DNA of 48,010 nucleotides from positions 1 to 48,010 of the forward strand of contig JAZGFI010000268.1 of the NCBI GenBank assembly GCA_036479435.1, written 5' to 3'. The stretch's first letter is position 1. Each line of letters opens with the position of its first letter. Position numbers and translations under genes: made by a program. Origin of the DNA: Planctomycetota bacterium. GTDB taxonomy: Bacteria; Planctomycetota; GCA-002687715; DRQF01. A model generated the notes under the pieces. That model searched no databases. It worked only from the letters and a program-made list of their open reading frames with translations, and was not told the origin of the DNA. Shown one piece after another: positions 37,797-48,010 of this stretch.

Positions 37797-38576
37797 TCAG
37801 GTCGCGCTTTTGTTGAAGCCGACGATGCGAGCAAAGGACTCAACATCCAAGCTCGCGCCTCCGACGAGAGCTCCGTCGATGTCGGGCATCGCCATGAGTT
37901 CGTCGACGTTGTTTGCTTTGACGCTGCCGCCGTATTGAATGCGAGTTGCTGACGCCACGTCTTCGCTGTAGAGCTCCCGCAAAAGATCGCGGATGGCGGC
38001 GTGGATTTCTTGTGCGGTATCTGGGGTGGCAGTCTTGCCGGTGCCGATCGCCCAGACCGGTTCGTAGGCGACGGTGACGCGCTTCATTTCATCGTCCGAG
38101 ATGCCGGCAAGGCCAGCTTGGAGCTGCGTTTCCACGACGGCCTGGCTTTGGTGGTTCTCGCGCTCTTCGAGCACTTCGCCGACGCAAAGGATAACGTCCA
38201 AATCGTGGCGTAACGCGGCCTTCACTTTGAGGTTCACCACAGAGTTCGATTCGCCCAAGACTTGACGTCGCTCGCTATGCCCGACGATGACGGTCGTGGC
38301 TCCGGCGCTCCTGAGAATGTCTCCGGAAATCTCACCGGTGAAGGCGCCTTGGTCTTGGTGGAAGAGGTTTTGCCCGCCCATCCGAATGGGCGAATTTGCG
38401 AGGGTCTTGGCCAGCTCAGAAATCGAGGTAAAAGTCGGAAAAATGGCGACATCGCGGTCCTCCAGGCTACCCACTTGCGCGGATAGCGACTCTGCGAGGG
38501 CGCGGGCCTCGTCGCAAAGGAGGTTCATTTTCCAGTTTCCAGCGAGATAAGGGCGTCGCATCTTCTTTTTCTTCAA
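37797..38576 (-). CDS. tpiA: Triosephosphate isomerase
   Basis: AGNWKMN, GAFTGEIS, GHSERR, AYEPVWAIGTG, YGGSV, DGALVGGASL; start 38576 (TTG) or 38561 (ATG). Confidence 0.97.
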   Translation of the reverse strand: MKKKKMRRPYLAGNWKMNLLCDEARALAESLSAQVGSLEDRDVAIFPTFTSISELAKTLANSPIRMGGQNLFHQDQGAFTGEISGDILRSAGATTVIVGHSERRQVLGESNSVVNLKVKAALRHDLDVILCVGEVLEERENHQSQAVVETQLQAGLAGISDDEMKRVTVAYEPVWAIGTGKTATPDTAQEIHAAIRDLLRELYSEDVASATRIQYGGSVKANNVDELMAMPDIDGALVGGASLDVESFARIVGFNKSAT

Positions 38577-38742
38577 TGACTTAGGACAAGCAGTGCTTGC
38601 TTATAGAGTTCGATGGGCTCACCTTTAGTACGGACCCCATCCCCGGAAGCGAGGGCATCATCCCAAGCCACTAACGCACCATCAAGATGGCCGGAAAGGC
38701 AGTGGTCGCTGAGGGTTGGCGACATGGGTGAACCCAGAATGG

Positions 38743-38778
38743 AAAACAAAACGGGACGCCCTGGAGGACGTCCCGTTT
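38743..38778 (-). terminator. Intrinsic terminator after groEL
   Basis: AAACGGGACG / CGTCCCGTTT stem, A-rich on + side (U-tract on -). Confidence 0.8.
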
Positions 38779-38802
38779 ATTGCTGAGGCAAATAGCGCCG
38801 AG

Positions 38803-40428
<1,626 letters not shown>

Positions 40429-40504
40429 CTATTTTCTGTCTTTTTTCTTGTTCCACCGCGCCCGTGATGGGCGGGGCGGGGCGCGTGTTGAGCGTTGCTC
40501 TGGG

Positions 40505-40801
40505 CTACTTCGCGACGACGGCGAGGATGTCGTCTTCGCCCATGATGATGAGCTCGTTACCGTCGACTTTGATTTCGGTGCCGGCGTAGGAGCTAAAGAT
40601 GACGCGGTCTTTCGCTTTGACCTGAAGGGGAGTGCGCGTGCCGTCTTTGCCGACGCGACCGTCACCAACCGCGACGATCACGCCCTCTTTGGGCTTTTCT
40701 TGGGCGCTATCGGGAAGGATGATGCCGCCAGCCGATTTGGCTTCGGCTTCGAGCCGCTTCACGATGACGCGGTCATTCAAGGGCTGTAGTTTGGTAGCCA
40801 T
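40505..40801 (-). CDS. groES: Co-chaperonin GroES
   Basis: [38 protein letters not shown]. Confidence 0.97.
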   Translation of the reverse strand: MATKLQPLNDRVIVKRLEAEAKSAGGIILPDSAQEKPKEGVIVAVGDGRVGKDGTRTPLQVKAKDRVIFSSYAGTEIKVDGNELIIMGEDDILAVVAK

Positions 40802-40906
40802 TGGTTTCAATCTCCTGTTGGGCCGCGTTCCGCGGCTCACGACAAATCTGTTGTCTCGACGGCGCGTTGAGCGGATGGGCCGAACGCGTGCGATGCGTCC
40901 ATCGAT

Positions 40907-40922
40907 CGCAAGTTTCGGGCCT
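40907..40922 (-). promoter_or_regulatory. Putative sigma54 (-24/-12) promoter of groESL
   Basis: Minus strand AGGCCCGAAACTTGCG, with invariant GG and TTGC at consensus spacing, about 105 bp upstream of groES. Confidence 0.5.
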
Positions 40923-40999
40923 TTGATCTCCGCTTGGTGTGGATTACCTAATATGGCATCCTGTCACGGGTTGAGTACTTTTCGCTTGACGAGATCGCG

Positions 41000-42253
41000 G
41001 TGACAGATTGGCAGCAAGAGCAGGGGCCTCCAAGGCCCGCTGTCATCTTGGCAGGACAGAGGAGAAAGATCTTGAAGATAGTCGGCCCTCTCATTGTGAC
41101 CCTTCTCGTCGCGGTCGCCGCGGTCGTGGCCTGGTTGGTTTTTCGTTCGGATGGCCTCGAGAGTCGTAATCTGGACCCGGAGCCCGACGACAACGAGGCT
41201 TTTTCCGAAGTGATTGAAGATGGCCGGCCCCAAGTCGATTGGGCCGCCGTCGCCCGCGAGGCCGGGATGTTGGCCACGGGTCCTCGAGCCCCCGGCGTTG
41301 CCAAGACCTACCCGGGGGGAGTGCCCCGCGTCGTTTCGGAAATGGAAGCCCTGACGGTGGGGCGCACCCCGGATAGTGCCAATACCCTCGCGCTCAAAGA
41401 AAAGATCCTGAAGCTCGTAGCCTCGATCCAGCAGATGAGCGACAAGGAGAAAAAGGACCTTGCCGAGTACTTTCGCCGCAGCGAAAACGTCGCCCTAAAG
41501 TACCACCTCATGATCGCGTTTCGCATGAAGTTTGGTGACCCCTTTGTGGACCCGGTCGCGGAATACTACGACGCCGAACCGATTTTGGTTGGCGACACTC
41601 TCCAGTACATGGCGGGCCGCACTCACACGGCGCTCAGGGCCCTCGAGGGGATTTTGGAGCGCACGGTTGATCCTCTTGAGCGCGAAGTTCTGCTCGGACG
41701 CCTCGCTTGGGTTGGCAATCCCAAAGCTGAGGGAACTCTGCTCAAGGCTTTTGAGGGCGGCAAGAATGTCGAAGGCCTCGCCCGAAACGATCGCCGCGCC
41801 GCCGTGGCCGGACTCGCCAGAATGCAAAGCGATTCCGCCCAAGCGGTTCTCGAAGCGCTCATCGATGGCCCCTTTGAAGAGGCTTACTACACCCCGACGT
41901 CCAAAGGGCCCGCCGGTGAGGAGCTAAAAGACCTCCGCGCCCACGCGGTGATGGGCGTCTTGGCCGCTGGCACTAAAGATCGAGTTCGCAAACTGCTCGA
42001 CAGCAGTCGCAATCGCAAAGATGAGATTCGGGACTACGTCGATACTTTTTTTGCTGGAGTCCAAGATGCCAGCTTTTTGCCCGACATCGTCGAACGCATG
42101 ATGACCCGCGGCAAGATCTCAACCGGGCTTCTCGGTTACATCGGGCAGCACGCAAAGTTGAAAGACAAGGCGATGTTGCAAGGCCTGATGAACCTTGAGG
42201 CTAGTGACGCGCAGAAGACGGGCCTCGGCTGGATGATCGAGCGCCTTCACTAA
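41000..42253 (+). CDS. Hypothetical membrane-anchored alpha-helical (HEAT-like) protein
   Basis: 417-aa ORF, single N-terminal TM (IVGPLIVTLLVAVAAVVAWLVF), helical repeats such as RRAAVAGLARM; start uncertain. Confidence 0.7.
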   Translation: MTDWQQEQGPPRPAVILAGQRRKILKIVGPLIVTLLVAVAAVVAWLVFRSDGLESRNLDPEPDDNEAFSEVIEDGRPQVDWAAVAREAGMLATGPRAPGVAKTYPGGVPRVVSEMEALTVGRTPDSANTLALKEKILKLVASIQQMSDKEKKDLAEYFRRSENVALKYHLMIAFRMKFGDPFVDPVAEYYDAEPILVGDTLQYMAGRTHTALRALEGILERTVDPLEREVLLGRLAWVGNPKAEGTLLKAFEGGKNVEGLARNDRRAAVAGLARMQSDSAQAVLEALIDGPFEEAYYTPTSKGPAGEELKDLRAHAVMGVLAAGTKDRVRKLLDSSRNRKDEIRDYVDTFFAGVQDASFLPDIVERMMTRGKISTGLLGYIGQHAKLKDKAMLQGLMNLEASDAQKTGLGWMIERLH

Positions 42254-42290
42254 ATGGCATCGCTCTTCACTAACCAAGTGGTACACGCCT

Positions 42291-43676
42291 CTATTCGCCG
42301 ATTTCGGCTGGCGTTGCGCAGGGATACTCACCGTTGAAACAAGCCAAGCAATAGCTGTCTCGCTCGCCATCAACGCACTTCAGCATGCCCGCTTCGGACA
42401 AGTAGCCCAGCGAGTCGACATTCAAAAACTTGGCGATCTCCGCCACGCTGTACTTTCCGGCGATGAGTTCGGTCTGAGTTGGAAAGTCGATCCCGAAATA
42501 ACAGGGATGTCGCGTCGGCGGGCAAGAGATCCTCAGGTGAACTTCTTTGGCTCCGGCCTTTTTCAAGGCCGCCATGCGCGACAGCGAAGTGGTGCCGCGA
42601 ATGATGCTGTCGTCGATGACGACGACGCGCTTGCCTTCGACAACTTCGCGTACGGCGTTCAGCTTGACTTTCACCTTCATGCTGCGGGTTTTTGGATCCG
42701 GCGTGATAAAGGTCCGGCCGATGTAGTGATTTTTGATAAACGAACGGTCGAGAGGGATGCCACTTTCTAGGGAGTAGCCCATTGACGCCGAGTTGCCGGA
42801 ATCAGGCACGGCGCTCACGATGTCGGCATCAACCGGATGCTCGCGCGCGAGCTGGCGGCCAAACTCCATGCGCACCCTGTGCACGTTGCGTCCAAATATC
42901 TTGCTGTCGGGGCGGGCGAAGTAAACCTGTTCGAAGATGCAGCGCGACAGCCTTTTGGTGTGGGGATCGCCAAAGCGCAGGCTCCGCGTGCCCGACTGGC
43001 TCACCGAGACGATTTCACCGGGTTCGATTTCCCTGACATCCTCGATCTCGTCGTAAAGGTCAAAAGCGCAGCTCTCCGACGAAAATACCGTGGCGTCGCC
43101 CATGCGTCCCATCATCAGCGGTCGAAAACCGCGGGGGTCGCGTACCGCGATCAGGCGATCGGGGGTCAGCAAGAGCAGGGTATAGGCACCTTGCAGCTCC
43201 GCCAGCACAGACTGCAAACGCAGCTCCAAGTCCGGCCCTTCGGCCTTCGCCAGCAGATGCAGAATCGTCTCCGAATCCATCGTGGTTTGGAAAAGCGCCC
43301 CTTCATTCTCCAAGCGCTTTCGTAGTTGCACTTTGTTCGTGAGGTCGCCGTTGTGAGCCAAGGCCACCGGGATGCCGCCGCAGTGAGCGTACAAGGGCTG
43401 GACGTTGCAGCTTGAACTCGACCCACCGCTGGTGCTGTAGCGCACATGTCCGATCGCAATCGGGTTCGTCAGCAACTCGAGCGTACGTTTTTCCCGAAAC
43501 ACGTCGGATACTAATCCTTGATCGGCATGCACGCGGATCGGCCCGCCATCAGTAGTCGCGATGCCAGCCCCTTCTTGTCCGCGGTGCTGGAGCGCCTGCA
43601 AACCGAAGTAAGTTATTGAGGCGGCGTCCGCGTTCCCGTGTACTCCGAACAATCCGCAATAGTGTCCGAGTTTCAC
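42291..43676 (-). CDS. purF: Amidophosphoribosyltransferase
   Basis: CGLFG N-terminal nucleophile, LQHRGQE, GHVRYST, CIFEQVYFARPDS, VVVIDDSIIRGTT, Fe-S ligands including YCLACF. Confidence 0.97.
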   Translation of the reverse strand: MKLGHYCGLFGVHGNADAASITYFGLQALQHRGQEGAGIATTDGGPIRVHADQGLVSDVFREKRTLELLTNPIAIGHVRYSTSGGSSSSCNVQPLYAHCGGIPVALAHNGDLTNKVQLRKRLENEGALFQTTMDSETILHLLAKAEGPDLELRLQSVLAELQGAYTLLLLTPDRLIAVRDPRGFRPLMMGRMGDATVFSSESCAFDLYDEIEDVREIEPGEIVSVSQSGTRSLRFGDPHTKRLSRCIFEQVYFARPDSKIFGRNVHRVRMEFGRQLAREHPVDADIVSAVPDSGNSASMGYSLESGIPLDRSFIKNHYIGRTFITPDPKTRSMKVKVKLNAVREVVEGKRVVVIDDSIIRGTTSLSRMAALKKAGAKEVHLRISCPPTRHPCYFGIDFPTQTELIAGKYSVAEIAKFLNVDSLGYLSEAGMLKCVDGERDSYCLACFNGEYPCATPAEIGE

Positions 43677-44242
43677 GATTTGCCTCGGCGCTTCAAAAGG
43701 GCGATCTGTCGGGCGATGTCATCTTGCCAGCGGCCGTTCGCATCGACCACCTTCGCGCGCTTCCAAGTCTCGAGGGCTACTTTTTTGCGTCCCGCCCCTT
43801 CTTGCACCATCGCCAAGTAGACCAGCGCCGTGGTGTCGATCGGGTTCATCCTCAGCATGCGCGTCGCCGCTTCTTCGGCACGGCCGTGTTCATCTCGTAA
43901 GTAATGCCTGACCGTTCGGCGCAAATACCGTCGCCGCCGCCTCTTTGTGCCCGGCATCTTGGACCAGATTGTGGCGCGAAAAGTGTCATAAATCGAGAAC
44001 ACCAAGGTCGCCGCGGCGGTCGCCCAGGCCACCTGAACCACCCAGATTCCGTGTTTCCAATCGCTTAGGAACCTAAATAGCAGCGCTAAATTCAGCGCCG
44101 CCACAAACAACATGAACAACCCCAGCCCAAGTTGTTTGCGATGAAGCCAAATATGCCCCCATCCCGGCACAAAGGACAAAGTCATCGGCAGCAGCACACC
44201 GCCAAAAGTAGATCGCATTCCCATGGTGAGGGAGGTTATCAT
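43673..44242 (-). CDS. Membrane protein with C-terminal TPR-like region
   Basis: SFVPGWGH, three TM segments, helical TPR-like tail; stop overlaps purF start; start may be 44224 or 44218. Confidence 0.7.
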   Translation of the reverse strand: MITSLTMGMRSTFGGVLLPMTLSFVPGWGHIWLHRKQLGLGLFMLFVAALNLALLFRFLSDWKHGIWVVQVAWATAAATLVFSIYDTFRATIWSKMPGTKRRRRRYLRRTVRHYLRDEHGRAEEAATRMLRMNPIDTTALVYLAMVQEGAGRKKVALETWKRAKVVDANGRWQDDIARQIALLKRRGKS

Positions 44243-44277
44243 CCCCCCCGGTACGTTTCAGTCCGAGGCCCTCAAAA

Positions 44278-44937
44278 GTGACCAACTCACGCCAGCATTT
44301 CAGCGCTTCTCCCGCCATCTACCTCATTGCCACTTGTGCTCCAGGTCGCAAATGGGCCGATCATCTCAATCGCGTCGAGGCCTGTTTGCGCGCTGGCATC
44401 AAGATCGTGCAGTTTCGTGAAAAGGACCTGGAACCCAGCGAAATACTGATCCGCTCCCGGCAAACTCAGTCCCTCGCTCAACGCTTCAATGCGGCCTTCG
44501 TGATCAACGACGATCCGCATCTCGCGCACGCTCTCAGCGCTTGCGCGCTCCACCTCGGCCAAGACGACAGCGATCTCGCTGAAGCTCGCGACATCGTCGG
44601 TCCCGAGATGGTTATCGGTCTCTCCACGCACTCCCTTTCGCAAGTCGAATCGGCCGCTTCCAACCCTCACCTCAATTACGTCGCCATCGGTCCCGTCTTC
44701 AAAACCACCACGAAGCTCGCCGGCCCGCCCATCGGTCCCGAACTCGCCGCCCGAGCTCAAGACATCCTCCCCCCAAACCGCCCCCTATTTCCCATCGGCG
44801 GCATCTCCCTCCAAAACATCCAGCAACTCCGAAGGCTCGGCGTCCACAATGCCGCCATTTCCTCAGCCCTTTTGGATGCTCCCGATCCCGAACAAGCCGC
44901 CGCCGACCTCTGTCGAAGCCGAGGCGTGGGCTCATGA
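44278..44937 (+). CDS. thiE: Thiamine-phosphate synthase
   Basis: VQFREK, INDD, LHLGQDD, IGLSTHS, GPVFKTTTK, IGGI. Confidence 0.92.
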   Translation: MTNSRQHFSASPAIYLIATCAPGRKWADHLNRVEACLRAGIKIVQFREKDLEPSEILIRSRQTQSLAQRFNAAFVINDDPHLAHALSACALHLGQDDSDLAEARDIVGPEMVIGLSTHSLSQVESAASNPHLNYVAIGPVFKTTTKLAGPPIGPELAARAQDILPPNRPLFPIGGISLQNIQQLRRLGVHNAAISSALLDAPDPEQAAADLCRSRGVGS

Positions 44938-47279
44938 GAAGGCTCTTCATTACTTTGGCCGGCTTGGTCTTTCTTGTCGGTTTCCTTGGCTGGATTCTGC
45001 AGGTATCCAACGTTGAGCCCGACCTGATATTTGATGGTGGCGGCAGGGTTGAGAGTGTTCTCGACGAGGCGCCCGGCGCCCGGCGGAAACCGGTCGAGCC
45101 GGTTGCCGCAGAGGCCAAAGAAGACTTCGCGCCATCCGCAATCATTGAGCCTCCCTCCCTCGACCTAGACGCGGAGCCGGTGTTCTTTTGCGCGCAGGTC
45201 TTGTCCGATGGTGGACGCCCTCAGGACAACATTGGCGCCCAGTTGTTTCTGAAAAATGATCTCTCCGAGGAGCCATTGGGCAACCATGTCATCTCGGATT
45301 CGGATGGACGTTTGATGTTGAGCCTACATCGGCGGGATCTAGAAAGAGGATCTGCGAAGTTCAGCCCTTTTTGGCGCATTGATGGGATTTTCAAGGATGT
45401 ACTTTGGGTCAAAGTCGACCCGGCATCCTCCCCTGACGCTCCTCAGGCCATCGTGCTGCCTCTTTTTGGATGGGTCTCTTTCGAGTTTCGGGGGCCCGGT
45501 GGACGTCTGGAAGGCGAGTCCATCGACCTTCACATTAGCTTGAATGCAGACCCTCCTTCGAGCTTGGCAATTCGGGGAAAGTACTATCGAACCCCACGGT
45601 CAGACTTCATCTACCTGCGAGGAATCAGCAAGACGGGGCGACTGACATTGGGGCCCGTGGCGGTTGGCTTACGTATTCGCGGCGAAGCCATCGCCGGTCG
45701 TGGCGAAGCCAACACTGGCTCCAAGGGAAGGCTTGCCGACAAAGGACTTTCCTTCGACGGACCGTCTTTTGGTGGTCAGACCCTAGAGCGAGTTCTCGAG
45801 TGGACTCGATTCGCCCCGAGATTCGTCGCCCGGATCCTTGATGTCAGCCAACGTCCATGGGCCAACGGAGAATTTAAATTCCAGTTTGAAAGGCGAATCG
45901 GCAAACGAGTGATTCGGGAGCTGGGGCAAACAAGAAGCGATGCTGAAGGGAGCCTCTACATCCTTCGAACCACGGAATCTGTGTTTCGAGACGGGCAAAG
46001 AGATTTCCTTCGAATCGAGGAGTTGCTCCCGCGCCGGGCTCAAGAGCCGCCACGTCAGGCTAACGTTGAGTTGACCGAAAGGCTTAAGACCGAAGACCAT
46101 GAGTTGGGCGACATTGAACTCAAAGCCCCGGGCAGCTTGGTCGCGGGCCGCGTCGTGGACGCCACGGGAAAAGCGCTCGAAGGGGTCAATTTCAAGGTTG
46201 AGATTCAGAAGGGTTCGACGACTCAAACCATCGGTCGAAGGGATAAGGTGTGGCTTTTTCCCTCATCGGCTGCTGGCGAGTTTCGGATTTTTGGCGCGAT
46301 GGACAACGATCGGGATTCTCAGTTCTTCGTCTCGGCCCACAAAGGCGGCTACGCGAGATCTTCGAGGAAAAAGTTTAGGCCTGGGGAAGAGGGCATCGAG
46401 ATCGTTCTTTTAGAAGGAGCAAGCATCGAGTTTAAGTTGGTCGATGAAGGCGAGATCAAGGCAAGTCAATTTCGTTATCGCGTCACTCAATCACGACACC
46501 CGCGACAGCGCATCCATGTCACACGGCAATTCGACGGGACTCATAGAACCGAGAGCTTGGCCTCTGGGCCTTACGAATTGGAGTTTTTTGCGAATCAAGG
46601 ACAGGTTTCCGTGCTGAAGTTGGAGGACATTGCGGTTCAAGCCGGGAAGAACCACGACTTGGGAATCCTTCATCCCGGCCGAGGTTTGAAAAAGTACGAC
46701 CTTGAGTTTGCAGACGAGCAGGCGCAGGCCCTCAAAGGCGTCTTCATTACTTGGAATAAAGACCAAGATCATGGCGCGAAGGCCTACGTCTACGCCTCCG
46801 AATCGAAGGTCAGCCTTCTTGATTCAAGGGCGGCTTTGACCCTAAACCTGTGGCTCGGTGGGTTCGCGTCTCAAGCGGTTTCTGTTTCACCAGGCGCCAA
46901 CATGATCACCTTGCATCCGGGCCCAGAAGTTCGAATCGCCTCGGTCGTTGATTGGCCCCAGCTCAACAAAGTTGAGTCCTTGCGTTACTTCTTCATTCCC
47001 AAAGCTGATGGTCTTGACGCCGTTGGTTGCCCGGCCGGCAAAGATGGCAGCGCCAGCCTTCGATTTTCGAGCCTAGGTCTTCACGACCTCGGTATCCAGT
47101 ACATCATGAAGGATGGCGCACTCATGAGCATGAAGAACTTTGAGGGCGAAGGGGAGCCCATCACCATTGACGTCAAGGCGGACAAAAACCCCGTTTTCGA
47201 TTTTGTCTTGCCCAAAGGCTTCATCGAGTTCTTGAATGATCGTCGCAAAGAGCTCGGAATCTCGGGCCCTGGCGACTAG
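44934..47279 (+). CDS. Membrane-anchored protein with carboxypeptidase-regulatory-like beta-sandwich repeats
   Basis: N-terminal TM; repeats such as VAGRVVDATGKALEGV, SDSDGRL, SDAEG. Confidence 0.7.
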   Translation: MRRLFITLAGLVFLVGFLGWILQVSNVEPDLIFDGGGRVESVLDEAPGARRKPVEPVAAEAKEDFAPSAIIEPPSLDLDAEPVFFCAQVLSDGGRPQDNIGAQLFLKNDLSEEPLGNHVISDSDGRLMLSLHRRDLERGSAKFSPFWRIDGIFKDVLWVKVDPASSPDAPQAIVLPLFGWVSFEFRGPGGRLEGESIDLHISLNADPPSSLAIRGKYYRTPRSDFIYLRGISKTGRLTLGPVAVGLRIRGEAIAGRGEANTGSKGRLADKGLSFDGPSFGGQTLERVLEWTRFAPRFVARILDVSQRPWANGEFKFQFERRIGKRVIRELGQTRSDAEGSLYILRTTESVFRDGQRDFLRIEELLPRRAQEPPRQANVELTERLKTEDHELGDIELKAPGSLVAGRVVDATGKALEGVNFKVEIQKGSTTQTIGRRDKVWLFPSSAAGEFRIFGAMDNDRDSQFFVSAHKGGYARSSRKKFRPGEEGIEIVLLEGASIEFKLVDEGEIKASQFRYRVTQSRHPRQRIHVTRQFDGTHRTESLASGPYELEFFANQGQVSVLKLEDIAVQAGKNHDLGILHPGRGLKKYDLEFADEQAQALKGVFITWNKDQDHGAKAYVYASESKVSLLDSRAALTLNLWLGGFASQAVSVSPGANMITLHPGPEVRIASVVDWPQLNKVESLRYFFIPKADGLDAVGCPAGKDGSASLRFSSLGLHDLGIQYIMKDGALMSMKNFEGEGEPITIDVKADKNPVFDFVLPKGFIEFLNDRRKELGISGPGD

Positions 47280-47505
47280 GCTCTTCGAGTATCCAAGACG
47301 ATCCGGCCTTTTGGCGACTAATGGTCTCGGCCCCCAAAAGTTTTTTTTTGGCTCTGGCGGCTTCACCATCCTCGAGTTGCCGACCGTCGGTGTTTTTTCG
47401 GCAAGCGTGCGTCACGGCGAAGTTTTTGAAACCAATTGATGCACGAGATGTAGGCCCCGTGCTGGCAAAAGCAGCGCGGGGGTTCGCAATTGTGACGTTG
47501 GTGAA

Positions 47506-47847
47506 TTACTTTTTGATGAGGTTCGCGGCGCTACCGGCTTCGATCGTGTCGAGAAAGTTCCAAGGCATCCAGTCTCCTGGCTCTCTTGCCACCGCTTCAG
47601 CGTTTCGTTGCAGCGCAACGAGGTACTCGAAGGTGTTGACGCGACCGAGCTCTGCGGTGTGAATGAGGCTCATGTATAGGTCACCGGTTCGCGCGCCCCT
47701 TCGGTTGCGAAATACGAAAAGGGCGCCGCAAAAAGGGTCACAGTCGAGTTCCTCACGAGTAAGCTTTGCCAAGCCGTCGATGCCCCGGCGAAAATCGGCG
47801 GGTGCTATCGCGACGAAGATGCGGGTTTGCGCTGTAAGCTGGATCAT
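47506..47847 (-). pseudogene. IS66 TnpB N-terminus fused in frame to TnpC C-terminus
   Basis: MIQLTAQTRIFVAIAPADFRRGIDGL..DPFCGALFVFRNRR (IS66 Orf2/TnpB) joined to GARTGDLYMSLIHTAEL..NTFEYLVAL..WMPWN (TnpC C-terminal domain). Confidence 0.85.
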
Positions 47848-48010
47848 CGAGACGAGGCCCAGATCTGTTGGACCAAAGCCGTGAGGTCGGCGAGCGGCGT
47901 ATTCCCGATCTCCAACTTCATCCTCACGTGACTCGTGGATCCGATCCCGCTCTCCATTTCGATGGAGCAGGTGGCGGGCGAAGAAAGCGACGAGCCTGAA
48001 ATTTCCACGA
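47844..48010 (-). CDS. IS66 TnpA-like accessory protein, 3' part
   Basis: Hand translation VEISGSS..CSIEMESG..MKLEIG..DLTALVQQIWASSR*, with the stop overlapping the TnpB ATG (ATGA). Confidence 0.65.
   Translation of the reverse strand, partial: VEISGSSLSSPATCSIEMESGIGSTSHVRMKLEIGNTPLADLTALVQQIWASSR

Larger units (their letters stand above)
47390..48010 (-). mobile_element. Internally deleted IS66-family element (runs off the window edge)
   Basis: TnpA C-terminus, then a TnpB/TnpC fusion. The end near 47390 (GTGTTTTTTCGGCAAG) is tentative because the partner inverted repeat is outside the window. Confidence 0.8.

Noticed and set aside
43655..43676. PurF N-terminus MKLGHY before the catalytic Cys
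   Set aside because: Consistent with the known short cleavable propeptide of Fe-S-type PurF.

Overview
GC-rich bacterial chromosomal segment, most likely from a Planctomycetota genome (inferred from gene content and order, not from a search). It is mostly housekeeping: folC-moxR-tsaEBD, glgA, dprA, purF, thiE, and a long minus-strand run groES-groEL | tpiA-secG-yicC-gmk-rpoZ | coaC-coaB-dut-ftsK-(ftsK-like)-rimO-pgsA-pgpA-(PP2C-like)-mazG-like-priA. Accessory content includes secreted FG-GAP/beta-propeller proteins, a RES-Xre toxin-antitoxin pair in toxin-first order, a solitary short flagellin with a sigma28-type promoter, and an internally deleted IS66 at the right edge. The best candidate for an undescribed system is a complete FtsK followed directly by a motor-less FtsK paralogue (membrane domain + very acidic linker with a VNTR + divergent gamma domain). 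The same gene run also encodes a HAMP-PP2C sensor that appears to be a pseudophosphatase. All calls come from manual motif reading; no database searches were run.
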